This document shows, in pieces, positions 39,230-53,100 of a DNA stretch of 64,000 nucleotides. A program made the translations under genes and the position numbers. Each line of letters opens with the position of its first letter. Positions within the stretch are counted from its first letter, which is position 1. This DNA comes from Camelus dromedarius. Taxonomy: Eukaryota. The stretch spans positions 57,662,001 to 57,726,000 of the forward strand of contig NC_087436.1 of assembly GCF_036321535.1 (NCBI RefSeq). The letters run 5' to 3'. The notes beneath the pieces were generated by a model. The model was not told the origin of the DNA. It saw only the letters and a program-made list of their open reading frames with translations, and searched no databases.

Positions 39230-40469
39230 TTATTAATGCATCATTTTATCAAACAATGTCAATTCACCCAATTTCTTGTCATCTCTCATTTAGTTATTAC
39301 CAAATTCGATGAAAGTGACTACAAAATTTCAGAAACCCCCATGAATTCATTTTTCTTGCCATCTCAGGACCAACCTAAGATTCATCAATAATAAAATCAT
39401 ATTTAAGAGACCATGGATTTATTGTTTCTATCATCAGGCAGTTATTATCTGTATATGTAAAAAATATGCAAGATAATATTTAACAGACATAATCTACATA
39501 AATCTCTTTGAAAAGATAAAAACTTCTAGGAACATAAAATTTAGCTACAGTGTATATCATCACATTTACTGGAAGTTATTTGCCAAGTAATTATGAAACT
39601 TCGATATAAACACGCATTTCATTGCAAAAGTCATTTCTCGACTACTGTTATGAGAAATTCACTTACCTTTTTGGTAATTTGTGTAATTTAGAAAATTCAG
39701 CAAATTGGCTTCTACTTCCACCTCTTTTATCTTTTTGCATTTTTGCTCTCTTACAGTTAACAAATAGTCCCCTTTCACTTTTTAGAACACCCGGTGTTAA
39801 GAGAGCTCAATTGGTTTGACACATGCTGGCAGACTACAGAAAATTAGATAATCTATTCCTTAATTTCCTAAACCTGTTCAGAAATCTTTTAGCAACAATA
39901 ATATTTACAGGTAACCTTTCACAGTGTGTATAGTCTATCCAGTCCTGTGGGCAGGTTAAAATCTATCCTGGGTACCGGCCAGAATACCAAAAAATTTTAT
40001 CCTTGGATCATTTTTCCTTAGGGACTCACAAAATAGCCTTCATTGAGCTGTAAAATAATACTTTGCTTTTGGCTTTTACTCAAAGACGCTAAGTGCTTTG
40101 TAAAATCATTGCATCTATTATAGTAATATTGCCCACCATACCATTCACTTTTCCTGTAAAAATTACCATGAGATAAATTTTCAACTTGTTCAGAGCCAAG
40201 AGAGCTTCATTTTGTTCAGTAGTGCCTTTTTTAAAATAATGAAAATAGAGTAAATAATTATTTAGATATCCCATTTCACTTCAGAGGCCCAGGAGAGAGC
40301 ATGATGCTCACTGATAACCATGTTGATATTGTGGTGTTTGTAATAAAAAAAAAAAAAATCTTGGTTTTCTAAATTAATGATGTTTTATTTTTTTTTTTTT
40401 TTGAAAAATTGGTCTTGTTTAACTGTTTATGTCTTATCAAGTAAAATAAACCAGTAAATGAATAGTAGC

Positions 40470-40850
40470 CAAAGGCAATGACTGCTGTTTGTCCCCCAGT
40501 GGTGTTCTCCTCTTCTTCATTAATTATATATTTTCATTTCAGCACTACTGTCAATAAAGACAATCTATAGTCTCCCTTTAGGCAAGGTGAGACCATGTGA
40601 CTGATTCTGATAAATGGGATGTAAGCCGGGTGCTTTGTGCAATTGTTCTTATGTTTTTTCTACTTCTTCCAGCTGGAATGAACACAGAATGTCTAGAGCT
40701 CTGGTGAATATCTTAGATTACACATAAGAGAACAACAAGACTGGAGTCTGTCCTTGACATTTGAAATGCTATACCACACCCAGACTAACTTTCTAGGGTT
40801 CTAGAATGTAAGAAAAATTTAAAAGTTCAATTTCTTATTGTTAAGATCCT
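40470..40850 (+). mobile_element. Decayed MaLR LTR (MLT1J-like)
   Basis: ggcaaggtgagaccatgtgactgattctgataaatgggatgtaagc...ccagctggaatgaacacagaatg...ccagactaact...ttattgttaag. Confidence 0.6.
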
Positions 40851-42984
40851 AATTTTTTCTGTTTGATACTAATGAACATTGATAGACTAATAGATGAATA
40901 GATGAGAATTTGGGGAATGAATAAAACCTTGTAAATACTGACTTGTTTAATCTAAGTGACATCAAATGAGTGAAAAGTAAAAACTTAATCTTTAATATTG
41001 TGTGTAAAATACGTAACATCTCTTTGATTCCAAATATAAACTTCCAGATAATATGGCAGAATTTGCTTCTGTTCATTTGCTTGTTTGGACAAGTACAAAC
41101 CTACGCATTGCACAAATACTGTAAAGTAGATCATGAGGTCATTAGAATCAGAATGGGTTGAAGAAATTCCAAAATAAAGATCATATTCAGAGAGCATATA
41201 AATAAGACCACAAAATTCTAGTCTTAATTGGACACTGATTGTTTACAGTATCTTGTAAATGCTGAGAGCATGCACTTATTTCCTTATACATAACTCATTC
41301 ATTTCTGTATTTTGAACATCTATCCATTGACAAACCAATGGAAAGATGATTCATGAAAGATTTTATTTGACTGGTTCCTCTACCAATAATTTTGGACCAT
41401 ATATATTCTCCATTTATCCATGACCTTTAACATCTAACAAATCTCTTAGGTTCAGCAGCAATTTTATCACCAAGAAATGGAATGCCACTCTTTAACGTGA
41501 CACTTAAAAAATTAAGAATACTATTAACTGTAATGCAGAGCTAACTGATCGATGTGGCAAAATAACATCCCAATGTATGCTGTCATATGAAATATTGATT
41601 CTTTTCATTTTTATTTGTACATCTTTAGAACAATTGTTTAATTTGCTAAACTACATTACATTTGCTTAATATGCTGAATTTCCCCCTAGAAATGATTTTT
41701 AATTCCAACTTTATAAATAAATTCCTAGGCAAATGGATCCCTTACGGAAATCTATTGTCAAAACCTGCTCCCAGCAACGTCAGCTACAATTGATTAAAGG
41801 TGCAGAATAAACACGGTTATACTAAGGGTTCTTTTAAAGAGGGCTGATGAATTATTAATGAGCATGCTTTTTAAATTTTACATCCTAAATAAACTTTTAT
41901 TACATCTTACCACTTCTCTTCTAGATCAGTGCTTTAAGATTTATTTTTAAGCTCTATTACACATTTTGATCACTACTCATAAATCCTACTCAGACCAGTC
42001 CTTCCTTATGAGGGCAATCAGCCAATATATTGGACAGATAAACACAGCAATAGATATTTGATAGAAGCTCTGGAACCTAAAATAGAAAAGATACTAGTTC
42101 CTTCTCTATGGCAGTACTGAGTTTGGTTTACCCACTTTTATCTATGCACCTACTTCCAAAATTTATTCACTCACTGACTCAAATATATTTAACATGTATC
42201 GAGCAGTTACTGCATCAAGTTATTATACTCAATATAGTGAGAATTATGATAGAAAGTCATGGACATTACTTTTAAAATAATTATAACCTAGTATTGAAAA
42301 GCCATGTACCCAGGAAAAACATAAAGCAAAACAAAAGCAACATACTGGAAAAACATAACTTGTATAAACAAAACACCAGAGAAATACAAAGGAAATTGTT
42401 AAAAAAAAAAAAAAAAAAAACGACAATCACCATTTTGGGGGTTACAAGCCATGTACTATTTTAACAGATAAGAAAAATTAGAAACAAAAGTTTCAACTCA
42501 ATGTAATGTAGCAAGTTACAGAAGAGGAAGGCATTATCAGAATTCATCTTACTTCAGCTTTATTTCTTTGGACCTCAAATTTTGCAACCTATGGATTAAA
42601 ATCTAGGATGCCATAATTTGTCTTGTATTTTAATGCAATTTAAAGTGATGTGACATTTATAGACTCCAGATTCCTTACAGAAAAAAATGAAAATCTTTTA
42701 GGAGGACAGTATTTTCATTTTAGGTCTTACATTATTCCTTCAAATAACTGGTTTAATACAATGTTCAAAGCAAACGTCAAAGTAACATGTAAAAGGAAAT
42801 TACATCGCATGTATAGAACTAGCATACCGTAAGAACACAGATTCTGAAAACTTCAGATTCATATCATGAGAATTATATTTACAGTTTTTAAGGAAATAAA
42901 GGGAAATTTTTTGGCAGGGCAGGAAATTGGAAATTATAAGAAGTGCTACTGTAGAATTAGAATTAAGAAGAAATAAGAGCTATC

Positions 42985-43715
42985 ATGACTCCTGCTGTAT
43001 GTTTAAATTGGTACAACCACTTTGGAAAACATTTTGACATATCTAGCAGAGACTGAAATCTTTATAAGCAAGTTCGCTTTGCTTGTTTCTGAGTGTTACG
43101 GAAACACTTATCTAGTATGAAGATATAGACAGCCATGTCCCAGTAACTTCACTCCTGAAGTTTGAACACTAGTGAATCTTGGGCACCAAAATATATGCCC
43201 ACGAATGTATATTATATCAGCGTTGATTGTAACAACCCAAATCTAGAAATAATCTAAAAATCCAAATGTCCATCAACATGGAAAAGATAAATATATTGTG
43301 GTATATTGATGCAATGTAATAGTAAACAGCTGAAAATTGAAGAAAGCAGAGTGATACACAATAACATGAATGAACGTTTAAAAGAATCATATTGAATGAA
43401 AAAAGCAATACTCAAAGAAGACAATTTGATTCCATAGTTGTAACAGTAAAATGACCATTTATTTAAGGATTCACATCTGGGTGAAGACACTATAAAGAAA
43501 ATCAAGAAAGTGGTCACCTCTGGGTGATTGGCTCTGGGATGCTGGGGAGGGTATGATTAGAAAGATGAACAAGGAAAGATGATTTCTGTGGTAATGACAA
43601 TATTCTATTTTTCATTTTGGGCAGTGGTTATCTGCTTATTACTTTATTATTAAGTAATTAATGGTTTAAACTTTTTTTCTGTATGAGTGTTACACATTTC
43701 AATACAAAGAAAGAA
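42985..43715 (+). mobile_element. L1ME-type ORF2 end and 3'UTR
   Basis: aaattggtacaaccactttggaaaaca...ccaaatgtccatcaacatgg...ttgtggtatatt...atcatattgaatgaaaaaagc...catttcaatacaaag. Confidence 0.8.
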
Positions 43716-46219
43716 AAAGTATGTTAAATGGGAGTAGATAATGAGGGTATTGAAGCCATATTAAAGTTACTGCGTTTTATTTGTTAAGGAACTGGAGCTT
43801 TGCAGAAGGGAAATAGCATAATCAGAAAGTAATTTCAGAGAGTGTTGAGTGACTGTGGCAGGAACCAGGACTAGGGGTCCTTTGCAACCATGCAGTTGAC
43901 AGGCAATTATGGCCTGCGCCTACTTAAATATATTTTTGAAGTGCATTTGGTGGCTTTGAGTCTTCTATTATAGAGACAGAGGGAGGAAACAAGAAATGAT
44001 AAAATTCTGCTTTTAAAATTCACTTTCCAGCAATTAGCTCCAAATAGGACTGAGTAAAAACTGGTGAAAACTTATCTGCCTATTAAATGAAAACAAATTG
44101 CAGACTTGGATTTGCAGATTATTTGGTTGACAGATTCTCTAAGCACAATCCTCAGCAACTGGAATAAATGAAGCTTTCACAGAATGCCTGTAGTTTATCA
44201 ATCTAAATGCATGAGCATGAGGATCCATAGACCTGTTTGTAGAAAAGTGTGTTTCAGTGGTTGATAATTTTCATATTAGCAAGGATTTATTCACATCACT
44301 TGTTGGGTTATTAGATAATAACTTCATAATTCTGAATTTGTATTCAGTCACTTAAAAAATATTATGCTAATTGCTTAGTTGATTTACAACACTGTTTGCA
44401 ACTTGCAGATTTTGTAGTTAATTCCCATATTTTAATAACTATGCAATATTGTTGCTAGTGATAGAGTTTGAAAAAAAAGCATCTGACATTTTTGATAGGT
44501 GCTAATGACAAGCTATACTGCCAAGGCTTTACTGTTCAGAGGTTTCTAAACGTGCAATCTTACAGAATGCCAGGGTGCCCAAAACTAAGCAATTCTGCTC
44601 ACACACACAGCTCAAAGACATTAACGAGAGAACCGGAATATTTCTTAATGACCTGTTTAAATTTTTTTTCCCCATAAACCATGCTCCTAGCCGAAGCAAA
44701 CAAGAGCTGTCTTCGCACACAGTTGTGAGCTTATATTTTGCTGAGGAATGACACATTCCACTGTGATACATGGCAGAATTAATGACCACCATTCTCATTG
44801 GAAAAACCTCATTATTTTTTATAGACCATATACAAATATTAGAAACTACTATAAGTTTAAAAAGGTGACAGGTATGGAGTTTGTTTTTAAAAAGATATCA
44901 AAATACCAGGGTAGGAAAACAAAAGTGAGGAACAGGAGAGGAATAAACAATCTAGGTGTTGTAAAAGAAGATTACCTGGATTGTGTGGAGAGAAGAAAAG
45001 CAGGTTGCAGTGGTATGCAATGAAAACATTTTAAAAAGAGTTTCTGCAGGAGGATTTAACGGAGGAGCAAAGGTTTAGAAACCATTGCACTAAACTCATC
45101 TTTTAAAATCTTTGATTAAATATTTCTATCAATAGATTCAATAAGATTCAAAGACAATAAGATTCAAGTTATGATCGAAGCAAATACAAATATTTAGTCA
45201 TTCTGACTTCCTAAAGCCGTATCTTACATAGTATTTCTGATTCCTATTTTGGAAGCAATTATTTAAGTGAAAAAATACTTTAAATTGAACATAAAGTTAA
45301 AGCTATTCATATGCAAGGTAATTAATTTTTACAATAAAATGTTCGATTTTATAATTCCTTTCAAATTATGAAATGGCTACATTTTAGTTACTTAATGGAG
45401 AGTGGCAAAACAAAACAAAAAAATGTTCATTTTGTTTTCATGAGAACCTGAAAGGAATACAGGATAATGCAACTGGGAATACAAGGTTATGAAGGACAAA
45501 AGGTAATCACAGCAATTTTAAGTATATTAGTTTTCATTTATTGGTTTTTCCCTAGCATGCATTTGAAAATACATTTTAGGAAGTTAGATTTTTATGGACC
45601 ACATGATTACCATATACAAACTTAGAAATACCAGACTTTTTGTTTGCCTTCTGAATATGAGTGCTAGATAATACTTTGTTTGGTCCAAGTCTTCATTATT
45701 TTGCTAAATTTAACACCTTAGTGAATCTTACAAGTGCACAGCCACATGCAAGAATCAATTCTATTCCATAAATGTTTTTGAAAGTCTACCAGGTACAGAG
45801 TACTTTGTAAGGGCAGTTATCTCAAAGAAAACTATCAAGAACACATTTTGAGATACAGAATACTGCAGCCGTGAGGAGTGATTGGCTGTACCAAATGCCA
45901 GAGGTCTACAAAATATTTAACTGAAAAACTTGGTAACATTTTACTTCAAAATGATGATAATGCTCACAAACTCTCTGCTTGATACAGTCATATTTCTATA
46001 AAAATACTGTCAAGAACAGTAATGTTAATAAATGTCAGCAGGGCTTTATGATAAGACTTTGTCTATGTCAGGGTTTAAAAATATTTAATAAATATAAACT
46101 GAAGCTAATGAAATATCAGAATACAGTGAAGAGCCATATAAAATTAAACTTGGAATGTATAGGACTGATGGTATATCTATCCAAAATAATATTACTTATA
46201 GGAGAATAGCAGCAATTCA

Positions 46220-46945
46220 GATATTTATTCAGTCATTCAGGAGTGTTAATGCCAGGCGCACACTAGAAATACAACAGAAGACAAAGCAAACAATTAACAG
46301 ACATCTCTATCCTTGCAGACCTACATTCTAATGGGAGTGATAGACAGTAAACAAAATAAGTGATATATATGTTAGGTCAGATGATGATAAGGACTGTAGG
46401 AGAAAATTAAACAAATAATAAGAACAAAAGAGCACGTGAGAAAGTGTAACTTTAAGTAGGACGGGCTTCTGTAGAAAGGGCATTTCAGACTGAAGACAGA
46501 GTGAGTGCAAATGTGTCAGGCAGGAGTCTCTCTGACATGAATGAGAGACAGGACACTTGTGTGGCAGGAACTGAGGGAGCTAGGCTCAGACAGAAGATGT
46601 CTGAGAGGTAAATGGGGGTGTGTGTTGGTGGAGCTTAAACAGTACCTTTAAGTCCCCGTGATGACTTTAGTCCTTGCTTGGACTGAGATGGGCAGCCTGA
46701 CGGGCTCTGAGCAGAGGGGGCTGTGATCTGCTATGTTTGAACACTTTATTAGACAGTTGATCATTGCTATTGACAATAGACTGGAAGGGGCAAGGATGAA
46801 AGCTAGGAGAACAATTAGGAGTCCTTTGCAATAAAGCAGTGAGCTAGGCAGTAAAATGGACTTGATGAGAAGCAACTGGATTGTGAGTATCTTTTGAAGG
46901 TAGAGCTGATGGGACTCCCTGATATATTGGATGTGGGGTTATAAG
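46220..46945 (-). mobile_element. L2a LINE fragment including 3' end
   Basis: ttattcagtcattcagg...tgccaggc...ctacattctaatgggag...gagatgggcagcc...gagtatcttttgaaggtagagctgatggg...ttggatgtgggg. Confidence 0.82.
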
Positions 46946-47429
46946 TACTCAGTGAGAAGTGATGTAATGCTATGCCAAAATTCCTGGAAACCCTCAGTGG
47001 TGGCCTCAGTCTTTAGAAGCATATGGACTTCTAAGACTTTACCTGAATGTTTTTCACTGGGAGTATGCATCATAATTCTATTAGAGGGACTAAAATTTTC
47101 AATCAATAGACCAGAGTCCTCAGGGTGAATGTTCAGTACAGAATTAAAGATACTATTTTGTACAAATCTACAGCCCTAAATACAAAATTAATACACATTC
47201 AAATTTAATAGAAGAAAAATGTGCCCTTTTTTTTCCTGCATGCTTGTGACTCATACAATCAGCTAAAAGAAAAATATTTATTAGAAGAAATAACAATCAT
47301 TAAAATCATCATAATCTTTAAAGCTTACATTTTAAAAGGACAAAGTTCAACAGCAAACATTAAGGGTGAATTATTTATTTTGTTCTCTGAATACACTTTC
47401 GGGAAATACAAATTAAAATAAGATGAGTT

Positions 47430-47775
47430 GTTTTATTTATAGCTCATCAGATTGGCAAGAATTAAAAAGAATGTTAATGTTTATCAGCAAACATTTGAGG
47501 AAGCAGATTTTCTTATACACCACTTATGTAAGTTAAAATTCGTACAGCTTTTTAAGCAAACAGATTCACAGTAGGAAGCAAGTATCTTCCAATTTTCATA
47601 TTATTTCTTCTGGTAATTTTATATCTAAGGAGGTAGTCATAAGTGAGCATCGGTATGTATCTAAAAGAATGTTTACTGCAACTTCCCTAGTGAGAACTTG
47701 AAAACAAACTAAATAACCAACGATTAGGGACTGCTTTTTTAAAATATCTGTATGATAGACTACTACACAGTACAT
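47430..47775 (+). mobile_element. Decayed L1ME ORF2 C-terminal fragment
   Basis: ctcatcagattggcaagaattaaaaaga...gaatgtttactgcaac...aacttgaaaacaaactaaataaccaacgattaggg. Confidence 0.65.
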
Positions 47776-48220
47776 TCAGTTGTCAATCTCAGTGTCTCAA
47801 TGCCCTGATAACATAGTTATTTGCTTCGAATTGGGCCATAGGAGGGTTTTTTTTTTTTTTTTTTAAACCAGGAAGAGTATTTTAAAGTTTGGGATTGGTT
47901 TGTTTTTCTTTGTTTGTCTTATAGAGAGATTCAAAATATCACTGTAAAAACATTACGTTCCTTTGCATTCCAAAATATTTCAGTAAATGAGACATGAAAA
48001 TGTTGAGTTTCAGTTGGCATTCCTGGAATTTTATATAACTCTGAATAAATTAATGGAATTTGGGGGCACCTGTAAAGATAACTAATTAAGTGGCTGAAAA
48101 AAAACCACTAATCACATCTGCTTTATAAAGAGTATTTATTTACATTAAAATATTCATGTGTATATTGCTGAATGGGAAGAAAATGTACAAACTACTCATG
48201 AGTATGGGGGTGTGTGTGTG

Positions 48221-48563
48221 TGTGTTAGTCAATTCAGGCTGCTATAACAAATTACCATAGACTGGGTGGCTTAAACAACAAACATTTATTTCTCACAGCT
48301 GTGAAGGCTAGGAAGTCCACGATCAGTGTGGCGACAGATCCAGTGTCTGATGAGAGCTTGCTTTCTCTGCCTCACAAGGCAGAAAGCAGAGAGATCATCT
48401 TTCTCATGTTTCTTCTTGTCCGGGCACTAATCTAATTCATGAGGGCTCCACTCTCATGACCTACTTACTGTAACTCCAAGGCTCCACATCCAAATACCAC
48501 TGCATTGGGAATTATGCTTCAACATATGAATTTTGGTGGGACACAAACATTCAGTACATAACA
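48221..48563 (-). mobile_element. MaLR solo LTR (MLT1A-like)
   Basis: tgtgttagtcaattcaggctgctataacaaattaccatagactgggtggcttaaacaacaaacatttatttctcacag...ttcaacatatgaattttggtgggacacaaacattcagtacataaca; TG...CA ends, near-TSD gtgtg/atgtg. Confidence 0.92.
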
Positions 48564-48864
48564 ATGTGCATTTAAAATTTTTTAATGTAAAAATAATTGC
48601 AAACATCCATACAGGACTTACTGAGTGCTGGGCACTTGCAGATGCTTTTTGAATATTTATGTATAGCAGTCTTATGAGTTTAGAACCATAATTACTTCCA
48701 TTTTTATGGATAAAATAACTTAATTTTGTTTAGCTAGTAAGTGACAGACATTAAAATATAGTTAAGTTTTCAATGGAGGAATTATGATGATTTTGTTGTT
48801 AATTTTTGTTTTCCACATTTTCTAAGTTTCTGTCATTGAATATGTAATACTTGTTTCAACATTT

Positions 48865-49395
48865 GTTGGATAAATGAGTCTGAAGCATGAAGGGGAGGCC
48901 AAAGTTGGAAATAAAAATCTATTTATAATTTTCAAGACAGTAAATGAAGTCATTCAGGTGTAAAGGATAGAAAGGGGTTAGGGATGAAATTCTGGAAGAA
49001 GAGACTCCAACGAAGGATGCAGAAGGAATAGAGATCTGGCAAAATGAGGGGAAGACATCGTTGGGGGATGCAAGAAAGGACAGGGTTTCAAGAAGGAACT
49101 AGTTGCTGGTGGACTTCAGCACAGGTGAGAAGTCCAGAGAGATAAGGCCTGAAAGCATCCATTTCATTGGTCAGGTAGGATATCATGAACACATTTTGAA
49201 AAGCAGTTTCTTTGGAGAAGTCAAAATGAAAGCCAATAGAAGCCAGTTGTTTGAGGATAAAAATACATGATGAAGTGGAGACAGAACTGGAGTCTGAGAC
49301 TTTTGCATTAGAAAGAATTAGTAGAATAAGGGGGATTCAGGGTCAAAGAACACTTTTTATCTAAAGCCTATTTTCAGGCTCAGGGAGGAAGCAAA
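48865..49395 (-). mobile_element. L2 LINE fragment
   Basis: agggtttcaagaagga...gataaggcctgaaagcatccatttcattggtc...aagcagtttctttggag...gaagtggagacag. Confidence 0.68.
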
Positions 49396-49920
49396 TAAAA
49401 CAACAATAACATCAAAAACTTACATTATGCCTGTCATCATCTTTATTACTTTCTATTCATTACCTCATTTAATTCTTGGAATGCTCTGGTACAGTTATTG
49501 TCATTTCACAAATGAGAGAACTGAGATTTGGGGGTAGAGTCGATAAGTTATGTATCTAAGCTTATAAACTAGTAAGAAAAAATGTGAATCCAATGTTGTC
49601 TGATGCTAAAGCCTGTATTCTTAACCATGAATTTAGACTGCCTTCACCAGCATTTGGGTATGTATGTGTGTTTGGGGTTGGGGAGGAGGTACAGAAATTA
49701 CACAGCATATCAAAGAGAAAGAAGTTGGGCTACAGTCTTTGAACACATGATAGTATCAAAACCAATCTCTTTCTGTCTCTTAGTCCTCTCTATATCTCCA
49801 AATTCCTTTTCATTTCTAAGTAGAGCTATCTATACTTTCTTCTAAGTCATAATTCAACTTTGGTCAGCATATTGATGGGATTAAAGTTTTGGCATAAAGA
49901 TTATTTTAAAGTGAAAGCAT

Positions 49921-50276
49921 TTGAAATCTTATCTGAACTTCCCATACCTAACTAAAGCAGAGCCTCCTGAAGACGCAGCTGCCATTAAACTGACTCCAAA
50001 GGAGAGAGATTCCTGCAAATTCCTGGAAGGAGACAGACTTCTCATTCCCATTAGCACACACACAAAACCAACAACGGACCCTGAACTCCACCCCCTACCC
50101 TCTTGTTAATTGGTTTGATATCCTTTACCTCTGGATATCCAGCAAGTTATTCATTGCTGAATTACTGAGTGACTTCCATGTGCACATGCAAACGAATCTT
50201 ACTTTTTTCCTGCTGTCAGTTGATTTGCAGGCCCCCAAATATATGCACCTAAGAGGGTAGAGGAAGCCTCCCAACA
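49921..50276 (+). mobile_element. ERV1 LTR (MER34-like)
   Basis: 3' end ttccatgtgcacatgc...tgtcagttgatttgcaggccccc...acctaagagggtagaggaagcctcccaaca resembles MER34-group LTR termini; flanks gcat/gcac. Confidence 0.65.
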
Positions 50277-52799
50277 GCACCAAACCTTTTTTTTTTTGAA
50301 CAAAGAGTCTTTTTCTTCAAAGGACATCTGGAGATAACAAGGTCATAATAATTTTGCTAACACCACTCTAGACCTTTTGTAGAAACTGCACTCACTATTC
50401 TGCCACTGGCCTGCCTGATCTAAGGTTTTAGGAATAAGGTGACAGGTTTTCTATTTTTAGTGACCTGAATGCTTTCTGGAGGATATACTTTTTTCTTTTG
50501 ATTTCATTACGAAGCACAGTAGGAAACTTAAAAGAAAAGATCTCCTGCATAGAGGGCAGAAACATTAAGAGTAGAAAGCAGAAGGTGCTGATATTTAAAA
50601 GCAAGAAACAAATCTGTGGGGATTTACAGATTGTTGAGAAGTCTGAGTTTAAAGCTGCAAAGACAATATTCTGTGTTTCAAGAATTAATAAGTATAGAAA
50701 AGAAGATTACTAGAAGTGTTATTCAAATTAATAAAAAGGCATATAAAAATAACTTCTGTGCCAGCTCTGATCAGGAATGCGGAGATGGACTTATTAGGTA
50801 CTGAATTAATTATGGGGACACGTATTATGGAATTAGAAGGAGGTTCTCATAATTTACTGAAAAATGTAAAGATGTATGAAACTTTTTTCCACCACTGTAT
50901 TTTATTGCATAATAAACTGGAATGTTTATCCTAAAACCAGATGTAACACTTACCACCCGTAACATCTTTCATTGGCAGGAGCAAATCTTACTTAGTGAGA
51001 CAAAACACTAAGCATTGGTCCTGTTTATTCCTGCATTCCTCAGTAGATAAACTACGAGTGTATTCCCAAATGTAACATTATTACATGTACAGAAAAGCAT
51101 CTTGTTCTTGGGGCTGATGACCAAAGGTCATTCTTAAAAGTTGAAAGGACTCATAAAACATAGGTGAGATATTTTTCAAACTCCTTGTTCTTGATGAGTG
51201 ATCACTTTTTTTTTAATTCTCCTTGACTTTTAAAAAATTAAAAGACCTTGCTTTCAAATGCTAATCGGTTGCTTCTTTATTCCCCAGTAGACTTCAGACT
51301 ATTCAGCCTCAATACTTCATTTTCTTGAGTGTTTTATTGACCATGGTCTTGGCGATTACATTTGGCTCAGAACAACATAGCAGCTTGTTATTTTTAACTG
51401 AACTACAGACTATGTTACCCTACATAAGAATCAATGGGAAAAAAATGAGTCCAAACATTTCACTTTCCCATTTCATGCCACTTAGTAATGGTTAAAAATA
51501 AATAAGAGAAAAGAAAAAAAAAAAAAAAAAAAGCCCTTCAAACCTACCCAAAAAACCCCTAAAAATGTAAAGATCATTTCCTCATGCTAACTTCCATCAC
51601 ACAGAAAACCTGCAATTTTTTGCTCAAAGTTTTAAATCATGCAAGAATCACAAATGCACCTTCCAGCATGATGGCTTTTTTGTTTCTAGGTTAAAATAAT
51701 TAGTACACAGTTTACATGGAGAAGATGTGAAAAGACACCTTAAAATCCAAACCTCTGTATATTTCAACTGATCATTAAAAACCCCAAGGGATGTATTATG
51801 AAAGAGTATGTGTTTGCCTTCCTTTCCTTGACCAACTTTTCCATTTCTGGAACCCAAAGCAGGATGGTGCTTCTCTCCTTGACTGCCTCCTACCTCCCCA
51901 GAGGGAGCTGAATTTCAATAGCTGTTTGTGTTCCAGAAGCTGGCAGATGAGTAAGCTATTCCCATGTTGGGTGCTTTTTGGAGGTATCTTTTCTCACTTC
52001 AGACTACCCTCGAGTCCTGTTAACTGTAATAGATAGTGATTTGATGAATGGTCCCCTATTGGTCAAAACCTGTTACTGTGCCTTTGAAAGAATCCAAATG
52101 CCACTCGAGGCCTAGTTACCTCACTGGTAAGGCAGCCATCTGACTCCTTGGCTCTTTGTCAGGGACTGGAAATACATATAAGATTTTCTTAAAATTTATT
52201 TCCTTTGTAAACTGCAATCTAATTATTACATTATAATTCAAAATATTGTTTTTCCCTCCTGATTGGGAAGATTTGTAAGATGTAAACAAAAACAACTTTC
52301 TGTGACTTTTTTTCTTTTGCATCTGTTTACTCAACTCTAATTTATGTCAGCTGTAAAACAGAAACATCAACAAACTAATGGAGTTTAGATGTGGCAAATG
52401 AATATGCAATGCCCTAATGAAAAGCTGAACCTTTTGAGAGGTCAGGGCAACATTTAAAACACCAAAATAGCAAGATATGTGGGAGTATCCTACCTTATAT
52501 GTATATGTTTGCTCACCTAAATATTAATTAATTACTACATAATTCAAAGGTAAATGTTTTTCATATATCTTCTTAAAGTTGTGGTACAGTAAGATCCTCT
52601 CAAATTGAAACCTTTCTCAAAAGTCTCTAGTATTTTAAACTATGTCCCTCATTAGAAAGTGAATTATCAAAAAGTTGTGAAATAAAGGTTTATATCTCTA
52701 GTTTGTAAAAAACAAAATAGTAAATTGATACGCTTTTTGTCACTCTTAGCCCAGCATCGTAGAGTTTCTCTGTATGTACGTACGACCCAGTACTCAGCC

Positions 52800-53100
52800 A
52801 AGACTCAAAAGGACCTGTATGTTAATTTCTGTACGTATTCTCTTCAGGTAGCTCTCTCTTTTCCAGAACATGTCCCTCCAAATACCAACCTCCTCAGCCT
52901 ACACATACTTTGATCTCTAACTTCTCAGCTCAGTAAAGCTGACAGTCTCTTTTGGATCTACATGCCTGTGCCTTCAGTATGTAAACTGCCATCAACCAAA
53001 GATCTGGGGTTATTGTTGGAATCATTTAGTTGTTTCAGTCTCTTAGAAATCCAAGTCCTTTTTCATCTGTTGACTAATACCTGAAAGTTTTAGTTTAGTT
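52800..53100 (-). mobile_element. Old L1 5'UTR fragment
   Basis: tagctctctcttttccagaac...ctttgatctctaacttctcagctcag...taaactgcc...aatacctgaaag resembles the reverse complement of L1M 5' ends. Confidence 0.5.
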
